Source of the DNA: Kudoa neothunni
Taxonomy: Eukaryota; Animalia; Cnidaria
NCBI GenBank assembly: GCA_964304625.1
Contig: OZ199838.1
Coordinates: 6,373,731 to 6,437,730, forward strand
DNA: 64,000 nucleotides
Direction of reading: 5' to 3'
The translations under genes were made by a program, and so were the position numbers. Shown here one piece after another: positions 1 through 12,374 of the stretch. Below the pieces are notes generated by a model. The model did no database searches and was not told the origin of the DNA. It was given only the letters and a program-made list of their open reading frames with translations. The stretch's first letter is position 1; every line of letters begins with the position of its first letter.

Positions 1-1
1 T

Positions 2-870
2 AGTTTAACCACATCTATAAAATGTAATTGTTATATTTACAGATCGTATCTCCTTCCATGTAGTCATATTTTTAAAAAGAGAGCGTTTAACCTGCTTCCA
101 ATGTTCGATTCAAATTTATGCCACCCTAGGTGGTCAAAAGATTACATGAGCCGATTCTTGGAAATGGAAACTATAAATATAACACCAAAAGAGAGTATTA
201 CAATAAAACCAAAAGGGACTTTTAATTCTTATGGAAAACGTTTAAAAAATTCTGTGATTTACACAAATAAGCTAGCAGCTTTGTCCGCTGAATATTGTGG
301 GGAGTTTTATGATAGTTGCCTCTCACTATTCAACCCAATAGAAAAAATAATCAAGAACCACGACATCAAATTAATAAAGCAAATAAATCAATTATGTATT
401 TTAAGAAAACTTAATTTTTCTTGATTTATTTTTAGGAAATCGCACCATTGAATACTCTTAGGCTATAGCCGAAGATGAAGATATCTCTGAAGGAAGAGGT
501 ATATGACACTTAACTTGAATATTTTACTCGTATCTAACTTACAAAAAATAGATGTTATTGAGAATATTTTTAATTCTCAAATAATTGTTGAGGGTGTTGG
601 TAATAATATTGTTCCGCAAGGTGAGGAGATTATCGAGAATATTATTGTTAATAATATTTCAAATGAAAATGCTCTCGAGCTCCAAACTGTTTTATCTAAA
701 GATCAATTAGCACCTACTTTAAATACGATCGAGCTTGATGGTACTTTCATTTCATTTCCTTTCTTTTTTTTAATTATTTTAGCCTAAAAATTCCCTCTCG
801 AGTGAAGCCTGTTGGGAGACCAAAGGGATACGCTTGAACCATTATTGGATACAAAAAGAAAACTAAATTT
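2..870 (+). mobile_element. 3' remnant of a Mutator-like (MULE) SWIM-finger transposase, truncated by the window edge
   Basis: Frame starting at nt 2 reads TTSIKCNCYIYRSYLLPCSHIF...MFDSNLCHPRW, a SWIM CxCx(n)CxH finger followed by RW. Near 790-870 it reads KIPSRVKPVGRPKGYA*TIIG, the GRPK tail typical of such transposases, with an internal stop. Confidence 0.6.
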
Positions 871-1789
871 TCTTAGATCTCTCATTATTTATTTGACTAG
901 GATAGCCATTGTTCATCGTGATATATTCATCTAATTTCTGAAAAATGACCTAATTATGATTAGTTTTCTCAAATTTCTTGGCTATATTGAAATCTAAAGC
1001 GGAAAATTCACATCATTTCTGTGAAATATAATGAGCATATCTTATCTTGAAGTTCATAATTTATGAATAGAATACAATAAATCACATAATTTAAACATTG
1101 TAAATATTGGAAATAAATTAAATAACACGAGGTTGAATATATCATGTAAAGGCGCGCGCTTCGAGAGTAATGTCAGACCTATAAAATCACACAAAATTCT
1201 TCAACGTTAACATTATTATTGACAGAAAATGATATAATACAATTTTGATCATGTATTAAATTAAGATTAATAAATCTTTCATTTAATTGTGGAAAGCGAT
1301 CAATAAAATAAACAATATAAATATGTAAAAAAAGATATTCTCAATTGTTACCAAATTCTATAATTTAGCAGAGAAAAATATAAATAATAGTAATGTTAAA
1401 TTAGTTATTTAATAGAGATAACAATTGCAGAGAAATTGATTTCCGTGGTAATAGCCACTACCTAAAGGAAATCCCAAGATTCATTAACATTCACTGATAT
1501 CAGTCAATACAAATGTATGTAATGCTGTCTTAATTTCTTCGAAGTTGTAAACGACTATCTATTTGTGGAAAAAATGAGCCAATCTCAAAATCGTCTGAGT
1601 ATATTTAGTTTTCTTGAAACTCATTAGAAAAGCTTTTAATTTCGATTCGTAATAAGCGTATTTCTCTACAGAGGTCGAATCCAATTCGTTAATGAGTATA
1701 CCTAAACTATATGACTGGATGAACTCAAATTCCAATATAAGAAAGTGACGTAATAAATGATATTAAGATAATATATCAAATTTTCCATG

Positions 1790-2533
1790 TGAAAAAAATT
1801 AAATTTGGTCGATGTGTTGATAGAATTGCATCGATTAGATCATAACTTCAAAAAAGTGGTACACCAGAATATTTTTTTGGTGCTTAAATCTCTGCTTACT
1901 GAATGGATGGCTCATTTATGGCAGGCAATATAAACTAATGGCTATAGGCAGTAAAAAGATTATGGATCTTCAAAACTTTACATTGGAGGTATGAGAACAC
2001 CTAATGTTCTGCTGCCAAAAAGAGGTAGACCATCATCCACCGAAGTATCCTTCAAACAAAGTATTCCTAATCGCAAGCGAACGTCCGATGGACGTGGATT
2101 GATCCAGAGTGCTCGTTTCGATAGAATGTTTTATTATCCAGAATCTAGAAATGAAAGAAAGAGATACAAGTACTGTTCAATGCATTCTAGGATTTACTGC
2201 ATAAAGTGCAACGTCATTCTGTGTCTTGACATTAGCAGAAATTGTTTCAAAGAATATCACACGAAACAAAACTATATAAAAACATCATTTTTTTGTTCTC
2301 ATTTTCTTAATAAATAGAAATATTCTTTTTGGTTTTTTGAACCGCACTTGTGCATTAACGGGTTTGAAAATTTGAGGCGGCCGGGTGATGCCATATGACA
2401 TCATGCATGTAGCTTTTTTATTTTAGCACAATCAAACTCAAAAATGTTACACATAATTCATTTTACTTTAAAAATGTCATATGTGTTATCAAATTTTTTT
2501 TTCAACCGTCAAAAAAATATCGAAGTGAAAGGG
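1790..2533 (+). mobile_element. Decayed piggyBac (PGBD3-like) 3' end
   Basis: KKWYTRIFFWCLNLCLLNGWLIY segment and Cys-rich tail CSMHSRIYCIKCNVILCLDISRNCFKEYH (ORF 1991-2317). Palindrome TGATGCCATATGACATCA near 2386. Terminus AAAGGG followed by TTAA at 2534-2537. Confidence 0.7.
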
Positions 2534-3166
2534 TTAAGTTTACAAAATCTGACAACTAAATTGTTGTTTACATCTTCTAAATCTATCCATTTTTCTATAA
2601 AATTGTCTATTTCTCTTCTTTTTCTACCCATAATGAAACGAAAAATAACAAACGAATAATGTCGATTATAATCGGAAAATAAACAAGACAATATTTTTTT
2701 AAAAATTCGACGTTTTTTCGATTTAAATCCAAAATTGCGGATCCTAATTATAACGTTTCTAAATTGGTTCAATAAAATCCCCCAATTTTTTTAAATATTA
2801 ATCCTCTAAAGACTTGGGGGTCTTTTGGACCTCAAACAATAATTCATTTATCCAGTATTATGTACGTAATAATCAGAAATTCGTATAATTCTATCTAATC
2901 TCCTAACTTAATAATGATCATTCGTTGAAAATCTTAAGTCGAGCGAATAAAAATTAGGCGTAGAAAAAAAAATTCCCCCCTATAAACTTTTGGGGTCTTT
3001 TGGACCCCACGACGTTTTTCGATCAATATGTTCTAAAAATAAATAAAAATGTAAACATACAAGTATTATTCATTTTAGTTACGTATAAATTTAGGAATAT
3101 GTTATGAACTTAATTAATTAATGTTTATTTTTCGTAGGGATTTAATTATTCACGCGTAACCGTTAA

Positions 3167-5398
3167 CCTTCTAAGTCACTGCAAAATTTACACCCTCCGA
3201 GTATAATTGGGGTATTTTTACACCCCACATTTTTTTAAACCAAATGATTAAGAATTCGAAAATAATTATTTTTGAAACTTATGAAATATTTTTATCGATT
3301 AAATTTGAAATTATAGACCAATATCTCTAGCTGAGCATGTGACGCGCATGCGCACAAATCAAAATTGATCACATTGTAGAAGTAGAATGTTTATTGACAA
3401 TACTTTTAAGATTCTATTTTAGGAAAGCTTTTAAGCAGTATTAGAATTATTTTATTAAACGAACGAACAAAAGAATAACACTAATAAGAATAAGACAAAT
3501 ATGACTGGAATGGAATTTGCAGCAAGATGAAGCACAAACGTCGCATTTTATTTTGGTTTTTCTATCATACTTCCTATCGCAAAATCGACATCTCCCGTAA
3601 CTATTTTGTCCAATTATAACAGGGGAATCTTCACTAGTTGTCATATTTTGTTTCCGTCTCAAAAGCAGTCGATGTGTCAATTGGGTTGCCATCATTTTCA
3701 AAAATTCCCTCCGGAGTAATTTTGAGGAAGGGAATAAATTTTTGTATATACAAAACGCATTAATCAGACTGATATCAACCATGTTAAAGAAAACAATTAA
3801 CGACCAATGACAAGATATTCGTCTCACATTTATTGCTGCCAATAATCTGGAAATCGTATCAACTCCGCCTTTTACTGCATTGTAATGCATTATAACATTG
3901 GGTTTTAATGGCCTTTCTGTTGATATTTGGATGTTTGTTGAGGAGGAACAAAGTATATAAACGGGTTTATTTCTGCGAGGCAGATATCTTAGCATCATTT
4001 TTTTGTTATTAAAAACAAAAAGAGATGAATGAAGAGGAGTCGTTTTATGTGGTCTCAAATATGGTGGTATCTCCCTCTTATTTGAACGCATCGTTCCAAC
4101 AATTGAAAGTTTTTTTTGTAACAATTCATCCGCTAACTCAATAGACGTGAAAAAATTGTCACATACGACATTTCGACCAGAACGTTCAAATGGTTCCACT
4201 AACTTTAAAACAATATTCCTCCCAACATTCACAGCCCTCGTATCATTTTGAGATCGCTTTCCCAAATAGACAATTGCATTGCAAACAAAAGTTGACTTTG
4301 GGCCAGTTATTAAATAAAACTTTAGGCCATATTTTGAAGGCTTTTTTGGCATATATTGTTTGAATTTACAACGACCTCTAAAAGCCACAAGTTGCTCATC
4401 GACGCAAAGATCCTCAAAAGGTCGAAAACTCTGGATAAGTGAGTCGACCCAGATATCCCAGAGTTCACGAATGTGGCAAAATTTATCTAATGTTTTTCTT
4501 GTCTCTCGTGTTTCGAAATCGTCGAAATGAAGAGCTCTCTTGATTTGTTGGAATCTATTTAAAGAAAATAGGTCACGATAAACTTGTCTTCCCTCTTCTA
4601 ACCCAAACAATTCTTTGACTGGTTGTTGATTATCATCAAATATTCCCATCAACAATAAACATCCGATGAATCCATCGAATTCGACACTATCTAATTGCTT
4701 CCAAGCATCACCAAAAAAATGTTTACCGTATTGATTTGTATGTTTTAAAATTAGATCATACATTTCCTGGCGAAAAAACACTTTAAACGTATCAATAATT
4801 TCATTAACATTCTGCAAAACGAAGGATGAAACACCAGCACGACTGGTCAAAATATTTTCGGCCGCAGTTCTAGAAGTCGAGGGTTTTTCAATTGTCCAAA
4901 AGGTTCCATTCTTATCTATTAAAGAGTCAGATGGAGCATTGGTTTCAACTTCCGAATTATCTGATGACGTATCACATATAAAGGAATAATCCAGGCCAGA
5001 AGAATCAGTATCAGAGTAGTTGCCGTCATACTCACTCGAGCCCATATTCCTAACGCCCAACAGCGCACGCGCGTTACAATATAACCAGTACTATTTGTTG
5101 ATTTAAACAATAATTCGTCGATGAAATTGTATCAAATTTCCCCAAAAAATATTATTTTGTATTTGGAATAATTTAGTTTAATAAAAATGTGGGGTGTAAA
5201 AATACCCCAATTTTCCTCTGAGGGTATTTTGGCGTTAAATTTTATTTTACAAAAAAAAAATTTGTATCAGGTAGAATATGTATTATATAACGTTAAAAGA
5301 TTAGACGGAATATAAAAAATTTTAGACTTAGATTTGAGGTAAAAAATTAAAGATTAAATAGGCCTGGGGTATAAAAATACCCCATTTTACTTGGAAGG
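3167..5398 (-). mobile_element. Full-length piggyBac transposon (2232 bp)
   Basis: TTAA TSD at 3163-3166 and 5399-5402. TIRs CCTTCTAAGT / CCTTCCAAGT. Subterminal palindrome GGGGTATTTTTACACCCC near 3209, 5191 and 5366. Contains a single long transposase ORF. Confidence 0.92.
3447..5045 (-). CDS. piggyBac (PGBD4-like) DDD transposase
   Basis: Uninterrupted ORF, first ATG at 5045. Motifs VDEQLVAFRGR, KPSKYGLK, CDNFFTS and YNAVKGGVD. C-terminal CRFC..CDVC..CKFH..C cysteine-rich domain. Confidence 0.93.
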   Translation of the reverse strand: MGSSEYDGNYSDTDSSGLDYSFICDTSSDNSEVETNAPSDSLIDKNGTFWTIEKPSTSRTAAENILTSRAGVSSFVLQNVNEIIDTFKVFFRQEMYDLILKHTNQYGKHFFGDAWKQLDSVEFDGFIGCLLLMGIFDDNQQPVKELFGLEEGRQVYRDLFSLNRFQQIKRALHFDDFETRETRKTLDKFCHIRELWDIWVDSLIQSFRPFEDLCVDEQLVAFRGRCKFKQYMPKKPSKYGLKFYLITGPKSTFVCNAIVYLGKRSQNDTRAVNVGRNIVLKLVEPFERSGRNVVCDNFFTSIELADELLQKKLSIVGTMRSNKREIPPYLRPHKTTPLHSSLFVFNNKKMMLRYLPRRNKPVYILCSSSTNIQISTERPLKPNVIMHYNAVKGGVDTISRLLAAINVRRISCHWSLIVFFNMVDISLINAFCIYKNLFPSSKLLRREFLKMMATQLTHRLLLRRKQNMTTSEDSPVIIGQNSYGRCRFCDRKYDRKTKIKCDVCASSCCKFHSSHICLILISVILLFVRLIK

Positions 5399-6373
5399 TT
5401 AATTAAAATAGATTTGGTAAACTTTCATTTCCCAAAAAAAATAAATTTATAGAATTATAAAAAGTAAATATAATCTATTTGAACATTGTTAATAATTAAA
5501 TTTAGGTCTCTGAAATAAAATCTTCCAAACAATTGATATATTTGACTATTTATTCACAAATTATGTTTGTTAAAGGATGGAAAGCACTCTAACACGATTT
5601 TAACGTTCTGAGTGAAATAGAAAGTAGGACCAATCGGTTTTTTCATTATATTTTCTGCACCGATTCTTGATGTTACCGGTTTACTAGAACCCCACATAAT
5701 ATCACTTGACTAATTATTGGGTCTTCAGTATTTCCATATTCCATCGATTTAGTGAACGTTTCAGATGATTCCGTATAATTTTCTTTAAATTTACTTCCTA
5801 TATATGAAAATTCAATAAGATACTTACCAGTTCCACTCATTTTTTGTGCAGACACGGACAGCGCGTGGCATTATTTGAGCACAATAAAAATATTCTCTTT
5901 AATAATTGTTTAGAATACTAAATTGAATATTTTTACTGAAAAATATTAATCATGAAGTTAAGTCATTTTAATTCTTTATTCCTCAAAAATTTAAGAATAT
6001 TCAGCAACAGTTTTATATATCGATTAATTGTGATCCAACCCCATACAGTACCGATGAGATTATAACGGATTAATTGCACAAATGTTCGGCTTTTTTTCTT
6101 CAAATTTAGTCCAAATAAAATTATCAAACAGAATAAAATAATATACCTATATTTATTAAGTTAATTCATCAAATAAAAAACTGGGGTCTTTTGGGCCCCA
6201 AAAGTCCTTGGAGGATGGTCGTTTTTTCTGGCCTTAGAAGGTTATGTAAAACATTTTTTAATATGATATATCACATTAAATGAATCAGAGAATGGGAAAA
6301 CGAAGCTGGAATGTTGGATTAAAAACTCGAAAATCACGAACCCGAGAGTAGACGAATATTAAAACAAACTCTA

Positions 6374-6873
6374 ATGTTTGAATCTGTTCTGCTTTCTAAG
6401 TCGAATTTTAAGCGATTTGTTAGCCCAACTTTTAAATTTCGTTCTTATTTTACCTACAAATCAATTAATGTTGAGGAAAGAATCGCAAAGATATATCAAC
6501 CAAGCAGAAACACCATGCAGTCAGGTGATGGAAACTCCAAAAAATGGCGGTTGGAGTTTGATGTGATGCAGAAATGGGAAAATTCCCTCATAGGCTGGGC
6601 ATCTGGGTAATGAATAGTTGAATATATATTTTTTAAACATACTATTTAGAGCGGATCCTCATCAATCTTCGGTCATATATTTTGATTCCTTGGGTGAGGC
6701 CACTACATTCTGTAAAAATCAATGTAAGATGAGTATTAAGTAGCATTGTTTCTTAAAAAGTCTATTTAGCTATCAGATATGAGGTGAAAGAACCCAAACT
6801 TAAGCTGTATCCTATCCGTCCCTATGCATCCAAATTTTCATGGGATAAACCTACTAGATCCTCCACGAAATAG
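6374..6873 (+). CDS. NDUFS4: NADH dehydrogenase (complex I) Fe-S protein 4, 3 exons
   Basis: IYQPSRNTMQSG..KKWRLEFD..KWENSLIGWASG|ADP...YASKFSWDKPTRSSTK*. Two GT-AG introns of about 45 nt. Confidence 0.95.
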
Positions 6874-6947
6874 GAAGAGGGGTAGCAATTGCGAAAAAAT
6901 ACAAGACTTTTGTAAACACATAAATAAAATATTATTCTATTAAGTTT

Positions 6948-7981
6948 TTAAGTACGTGGAGGTTTTCTTTGGCGTGGCAAATTGTCAGTTTGGGTGATAT
7001 CGCACAAACACACAATTTGTATTCCCCCATCAAAAAGTCCTTTGACTGCGGACTAAATAAGACATTAAAAGCGATGATTAAACAGTTAATTTGAGTGCAC
7101 TACCAATCTTCCTTGTGAATTTCCATCAAACTGAATTCTAACTCTTTCAATTTTATTCGTTTTCAGTTTCTAAGAGCGCCAAATTACTATCATTTCTACT
7201 AATAAAATACGTGCGCGAGGATGGCAGCGGTTGCCTCCGCAGCTGGGGCAGTTGATAATAAATGTTCAGCCAATCCCGTCACATCCTAAAAATTGATAAC
7301 AGCATAGATAACGAAAGTGGGAGTTATTTTTCAATTTCTTTAAAAATTAGAGCACAAATTACCGTAGAAAGCTCGTCGATAGCTATGCCTAAATGTGGAA
7401 GGCATAACAACTTAAAAAATATATCCAATAATACCTCTATAATCTTCAACATAAAATCGTGTGATTCTACGTTCGAATTTTATTCTAACGATCGGTATTA
7501 GATCAAATGTGGTAAATTCGTTGATAAAGACGAAAGGTTTCTCATTAGGGTCTATCGGTTTTCTAAAAAATACGCGCTCATTTCGCTTCTACTCTAACTA
7601 AGAAATTTATCTTTACACAAAAGATTTTGACTCAATGGGATCGTCATATATGGATCCACTAAGAAACAAATTTTGTGAGACTTTCTCCACGTGTTGCTCA
7701 TTATTCATGGTATTGTATGTTTCTGGTCTATTATCATTGGAATTTTCTTCAGATACAATTAAATTTTGGTCAGATATATCGTTGGTCGTTGGTTCATTGT
7801 CAGAGTAATTTGAATTCTTCCTATTCCAGTAGATAGATGATGTATGCAAAGCGTTTCGTTGTTTTACTCCTACGTTCAAATTAAATTTAGCTTTGATTAA
7901 TATTTCTTATCTTTTACTCATCAAAAGTGAACTAATAAGTAGTTTGTGTTTGTAAAAACGAATTATACATGTGAAAGCCAT
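6948..7981 (-). CDS. MRPS11: Mitochondrial ribosomal protein uS11m, multi-exon, divergent
   Basis: Spliced exons LIPIVRIKF..., TAPAAEATAAILA, IERVRIQFDGNSQGRL and SAVKGLFDGGIQIVCLCDITQTDNLPRQRKPPRT* follow the uS11 C-terminal pattern. The N-terminal exon looks like a targeting peptide; the start is tentative. Confidence 0.75.
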
Positions 7982-8406
7982 TGTCGAGTTGTTTTATATT
8001 TGATCACGTGAGTTAAGAGAATGTACAGTTTCAACTTGTATACATTAGTTTTTGAGGAATAAATATTTTTTCCAAAACAGTTTTCAATTTTTTACTTTCA
8101 ATTTTGAATTTTAGCCGTTATTTAAGATTCGCGTATCGAGTTTAATATATTTAAAATTTTTTAATGACTTCTAAAAAAAGTCGAATTCCTATAAATTATA
8201 CTTATTTTAATGGATTTAATCGTTTGAAATTTTCCATAAATTTGAACTAGTTGTGTTAATCTTCGAAGTGCGAATCTTGGAAAATTTACATTTTTGCCGA
8301 AGCGGGAAGCGACTAGATCACCGACTTTTAGCTCGTTTTTTATTTTATCAAAGAAAATAAATTTTATATTTTATAATCTAATGCAATGAATTTCATTGAA
8401 ATTTGA

Positions 8407-10259
8407 GTAATCGCAGAGTGTGTGGCTCCAAAATTTAACATGGTTGCGCATGCCCACACTCTCAATTTCACTCAATATCAACTTAACGCAATTTTTAAAT
8501 GTTGAGTGATGAGAAAACAACATCAAATATTATAAAATAACATTCTCACTTTTTTACTAGTCGCGAATTAATTTAATTTCCTATAAAATATACATAAACG
8601 AACTTTTTCCCCTTTGTTGCATTCAAAAAGTTTTTTCTTATTGAGATCTTTTGTACTAGCATATTTATTTATAATCTAAGACTAGTGAATAGAACTTTTA
8701 TGTTTTTGAACATTATTTTTTTGATAAAAACTGGGGCGCGGCATCCGATTTTGTGTGTCTGGCCAAAATGTTAAACGGTAACTAAGGTGCGGGCCAGTTA
8801 ACACATAAATGTACAACTCTAGCAAGATTTATGCAACTTGCTAGGATACTGCCTTTTCATTTTTATTATATAACAAATTACTTATTCTAACCGCAATTTC
8901 GTATAAAATAGAAGAAATTTTGTCGATTCTTGCATAATGGAAACGTGTATAATAAACAGCATAGCGCAATCATATTCCGTTAAAGCTTGCGTTTTCAAAT
9001 TTTCGACAAATATTATCAGCTAGAATCCATTTAAAATTATTTATTATTTATGTGAATATCTATCTAATAATGTTAGTTTTATACATTCCTATATAAATCG
9101 AAAGGAATGTTTAAGTAAAAGTTTGTTATTTTGTGTAACGAATTGAAACTGTGATTAAAAATAGGACATATCCTTGACGCTGTAATCGCTAATTAATAAA
9201 TTTTTTATGACATTTTTTACTCCTTTGCGATCCCGTGATTGTCGGTCTCTATTATGAACCGATCCCTATAATTCGCACCAAATTATAATGTTCACGTTGT
9301 GATGGACGAAATCTCTACCCATTGGAAGTTGTATTAATTTCTTAATGACACTGATGAGTTTTTTAAATTGTGGGGCTATGGAAAAAGATAGAAATAGAAA
9401 CTAATATTTTTCAATACGGTGAATCATCCAAGTTAATGTGAAATCCTTGTGTAACAAAATACAATAAAAGCTCAAAAATTCCCCAATTATCTTATATTTT
9501 TCTTTAAATTATAATTAAAAATTGTATTAAGTATATTAAACTTTTGGTCTGGTAATTATACAAACTATGTTTAATCGGGAAATAATTTGTTTTTTTATTT
9601 CGCATATTTTTTTTGAATTAAAACACAAAACTTTAGCTACGATAAGATAAGATATTTAACGATATTTATATTTAAAACTTTAAAAGATAGTACAATATTA
9701 AATGAATAACTATGAATAACTGGGGAATTTAGATGAATTCTTCGAAAAACGTGTTTTAAACGTTCAAATTTAATTCAAATAATATATAAACTAAAATATT
9801 CACGTAGACATACGTTCACAGAATTTCAAAGTAATTATCTCAAAACAGATGCATAAAATTAACAAAAGAATAATCGATTATAAAAACTCGTTAATTTTTA
9901 CAATAAAAGCCTTGAACACTATTAAAATATGTAGTTTGATACCATTAAAATCAAAAACAGTAACCTTGACGAAAAAAATAAAGTTAGATCTATGTTTTTA
10001 TGACAAATCAGTTAAACAGGCTTTCAAAAATAGGATTAAGGCGATTAGGTAATCGTACCCCGAATTCGTAATCAATTTTCATGAGATTTCCTAATGGTCG
10101 CGACTTGTAGAAAAGTGAGAATTTTAATTTATAATATTTGATGTTGTTTTCTCATCACTCAATACTTAAAAATTATGTCAAATTGATATTGAGTGAAATT
10201 GGGAGTGTGGTACATGCGCAACCATGTTAAACTTTGGAGCCAAACACTTCGTGATTACC
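8407..10259. mobile_element. Non-autonomous Mutator-like element with ~160-bp TIRs
   Basis: 8407-8566 is a diverged reverse complement of 10099-10259. Candidate 9-bp TSD GAAATTTGA / AAAATTTGA. No transposase recognised inside. Confidence 0.7.
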
Positions 10260-10342
10260 AAAATTTGAGTTCCCTGGACCTGCTATATTAAATTATTTCC
10301 GGGCAATCGCTTCACTCTTAAGGGTCAAAAATAATTAAATAT

Positions 10343-10562
10343 GGCGGAGGTTATTGGCACGGTAAAATTTAATCCTAAACGGCATGTCCGCTTGCGCAAT
10401 GAGAATTTTTAATCTCAGCAACTCCAACTTACAAGCTGGTTACAGATTTTATTTTTTTGAATCTGCTATGTCTAATTATTTCTGCTATCAGAGCAGAAAT
10501 AATCAAATATAGTTAAAACTAGTTCCACCTGAATATTATTTACAATACCAATAGCCACTTCC
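10343..10562 (+). mobile_element. ~220-bp MITE, GG-terminal TIR family (Merlin- or Mutator-like), copy 1
   Basis: TIR consensus GGMAGTGGCTATTGRCA ... CAATAGCCACTTCC. Flanks ATTAAATAT / TCTAAATAT (7 of 9). Internal similarity to other copies. Confidence 0.7.
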
Positions 10563-11217
10563 TCTAAATATACCCAGATAATAAAGACTCCATTACAGTT
10601 TGTGATATTGCTCAGAATCTTTTATAATTTTGATATTTTTAAAAAAGATATTAATAATTATTGTTGGAATTCTACGACACTTTTCGCCTAATAATGTTGA
10701 ATTAAATTTTAGAAAGGTGTAACTTATCAAGATTATTAGTTTGTGACTATACAAATTCATCAACTTTCGAAAAATAATCAAGATAAAAATCTAAAGGTTA
10801 ATTAAAAGTTCGATCGATTCAAATAGGTTAGGCATCATTCATTTTTGTCGGAATTTGTGGCAGATAAATAGCACACACTTAGCGCACGCATTTCTTAAAA
10901 TTTCGAATCGTTTCAAAATTCTTTAATTTTACATAATTAAAAATAAAAACAATTATTTAATAAAAGAAGAAAATCATACTGCGACATTATATATCGCAAG
11001 AATTGTTTTAAATTTTAATACTTTAAAAAGGAGAAAGCCTAATGGTAAGATATTTCAAACCACAACCTTTAGTATTACGAAAAGATCCCTAAGTTTGATA
11101 TTCTAGTCAATAATAAATTATATTGTAATTTTTTCATTTTCTACAAAATATAAAAAAATTACAAGTATCAAAAACACAAAACTGATAGAAAAAATTAGAA
11201 ATTATACACAAAAGAAA

Positions 11218-12374
11218 CTACGTATAAGAACGTTTTCTACGAGATGAAATTTTAAAATAGTTTGTATTTGTATCGAGAAGTATTTCATGCTCATCAGCTT
11301 CATTAACATCCACAAAATCTTTATTCTTATTGGTTTTCTCTTTAGTTTCATTTACAATATGTACATAGGAAAAGAGTTTGTCCATTAGTTTCAATTGTTC
11401 CAGTAACTTTTTAAAGTTGGCTGCGTTGCGACCATTTTCATTGGTAGATAAATTAGAATCGATCAATTGCATGTATTTCTCCAGCAGCGGTATATATTGT
11501 TTACGGATCAATTTGACACAATCCAAAAGTGTAGTTATAATAACTTGATTGTCATTGTTAGACAGAATATCAATTCTGGTTTTATTGTTTATTATTTTCA
11601 ATTTATTACTATTGGAAGTGAGATCATCCTTTTTTAGTAACTTTAAACATTCGTTAATCTGACCCAAGCTAATATGAATGTCAAATTGAGATTGTTGCAC
11701 TTTGATCTGGGTTTGTTGAAGCAATCTATTAGTAGTGGATAGTTTGGCGTGTTCAATACTGGCTTCAGATATCACCTATAATGGAATGGCATGGTATTAG
11801 AACAATCCAATCAACTGAAACTGAATAAAAAAATATTTACCGTTATTCTACCATTTACCAATGAGATAACATTTTTGTCGTGATGGTAAGGATGAACAAT
11901 GTTATCAATATCAATCTTAAGTTTAGATTTCAAAAATTCTTTGTAATCTAATAGCTGTGGATAGCCTGGTCCGTAAACGCGACACCACCGAGCTAAATTG
12001 TCGTAGGCTTGAATTCTTAATCGTTTGCCGTAATAATCCTCCCCTCTCAATTCCCGCCCCGAAGAATTGCCCCAATAACCATCATTGGTAACCAGCTTAA
12101 ATAGTTCATATATTTTCATACAAAATAACATTCTGAAGTAGTGACTCTTGTTAAAAACCAGCGCAGACATTAAAAAGATATAATATTTTTCTTTGTTGGA
12201 TTTGCACTTAAGTCTGTACTCCAATATACCAAATAATTCGCCCATATTATTTCGATATCCCTTTGCGTGTCGTTCAAATTTTGTGTTAATTTGTGCGATA
12301 GCCTCCCCTTCATTTCTTAAATTAAGAATTCTGTCAATTTCTTCCTCTATCGACTCAACCTCAGTTGAGGTCAT
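11218..12374 (-). CDS. UVSSA: UV-stimulated scaffold protein A homologue, C-terminally shortened, 2 exons
   Basis: FNKSHYFRML and KRLRIQAYDNLARWCRVYGPGYPQL..YKEFLK match the UVSSA VHS-like domain. INECLKLL, LDCVKLIRKQYIP and DFVDV match later blocks. GT-AG intron 11840-11776. Confidence 0.8.

Larger units (their letters stand above)
2802..6241. mobile_element. Older non-autonomous piggyBac element that hosts the younger piggyBac
   Basis: TTAA at 2798-2801 then TCCTCTAAAGAC. Right end GGCCTTAGAAGG then TTAT. Subterminal palindrome GGGGTCTTTTGGACCCC-like near 2817, 2992 and 6183. Confidence 0.6.

Noticed and set aside
2810-6200. Recurring GGGG...CCCC palindromes as CRISPR repeats or terminators
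   Set aside because: No regular spacer array and a eukaryotic context; they are piggyBac subterminal repeats.
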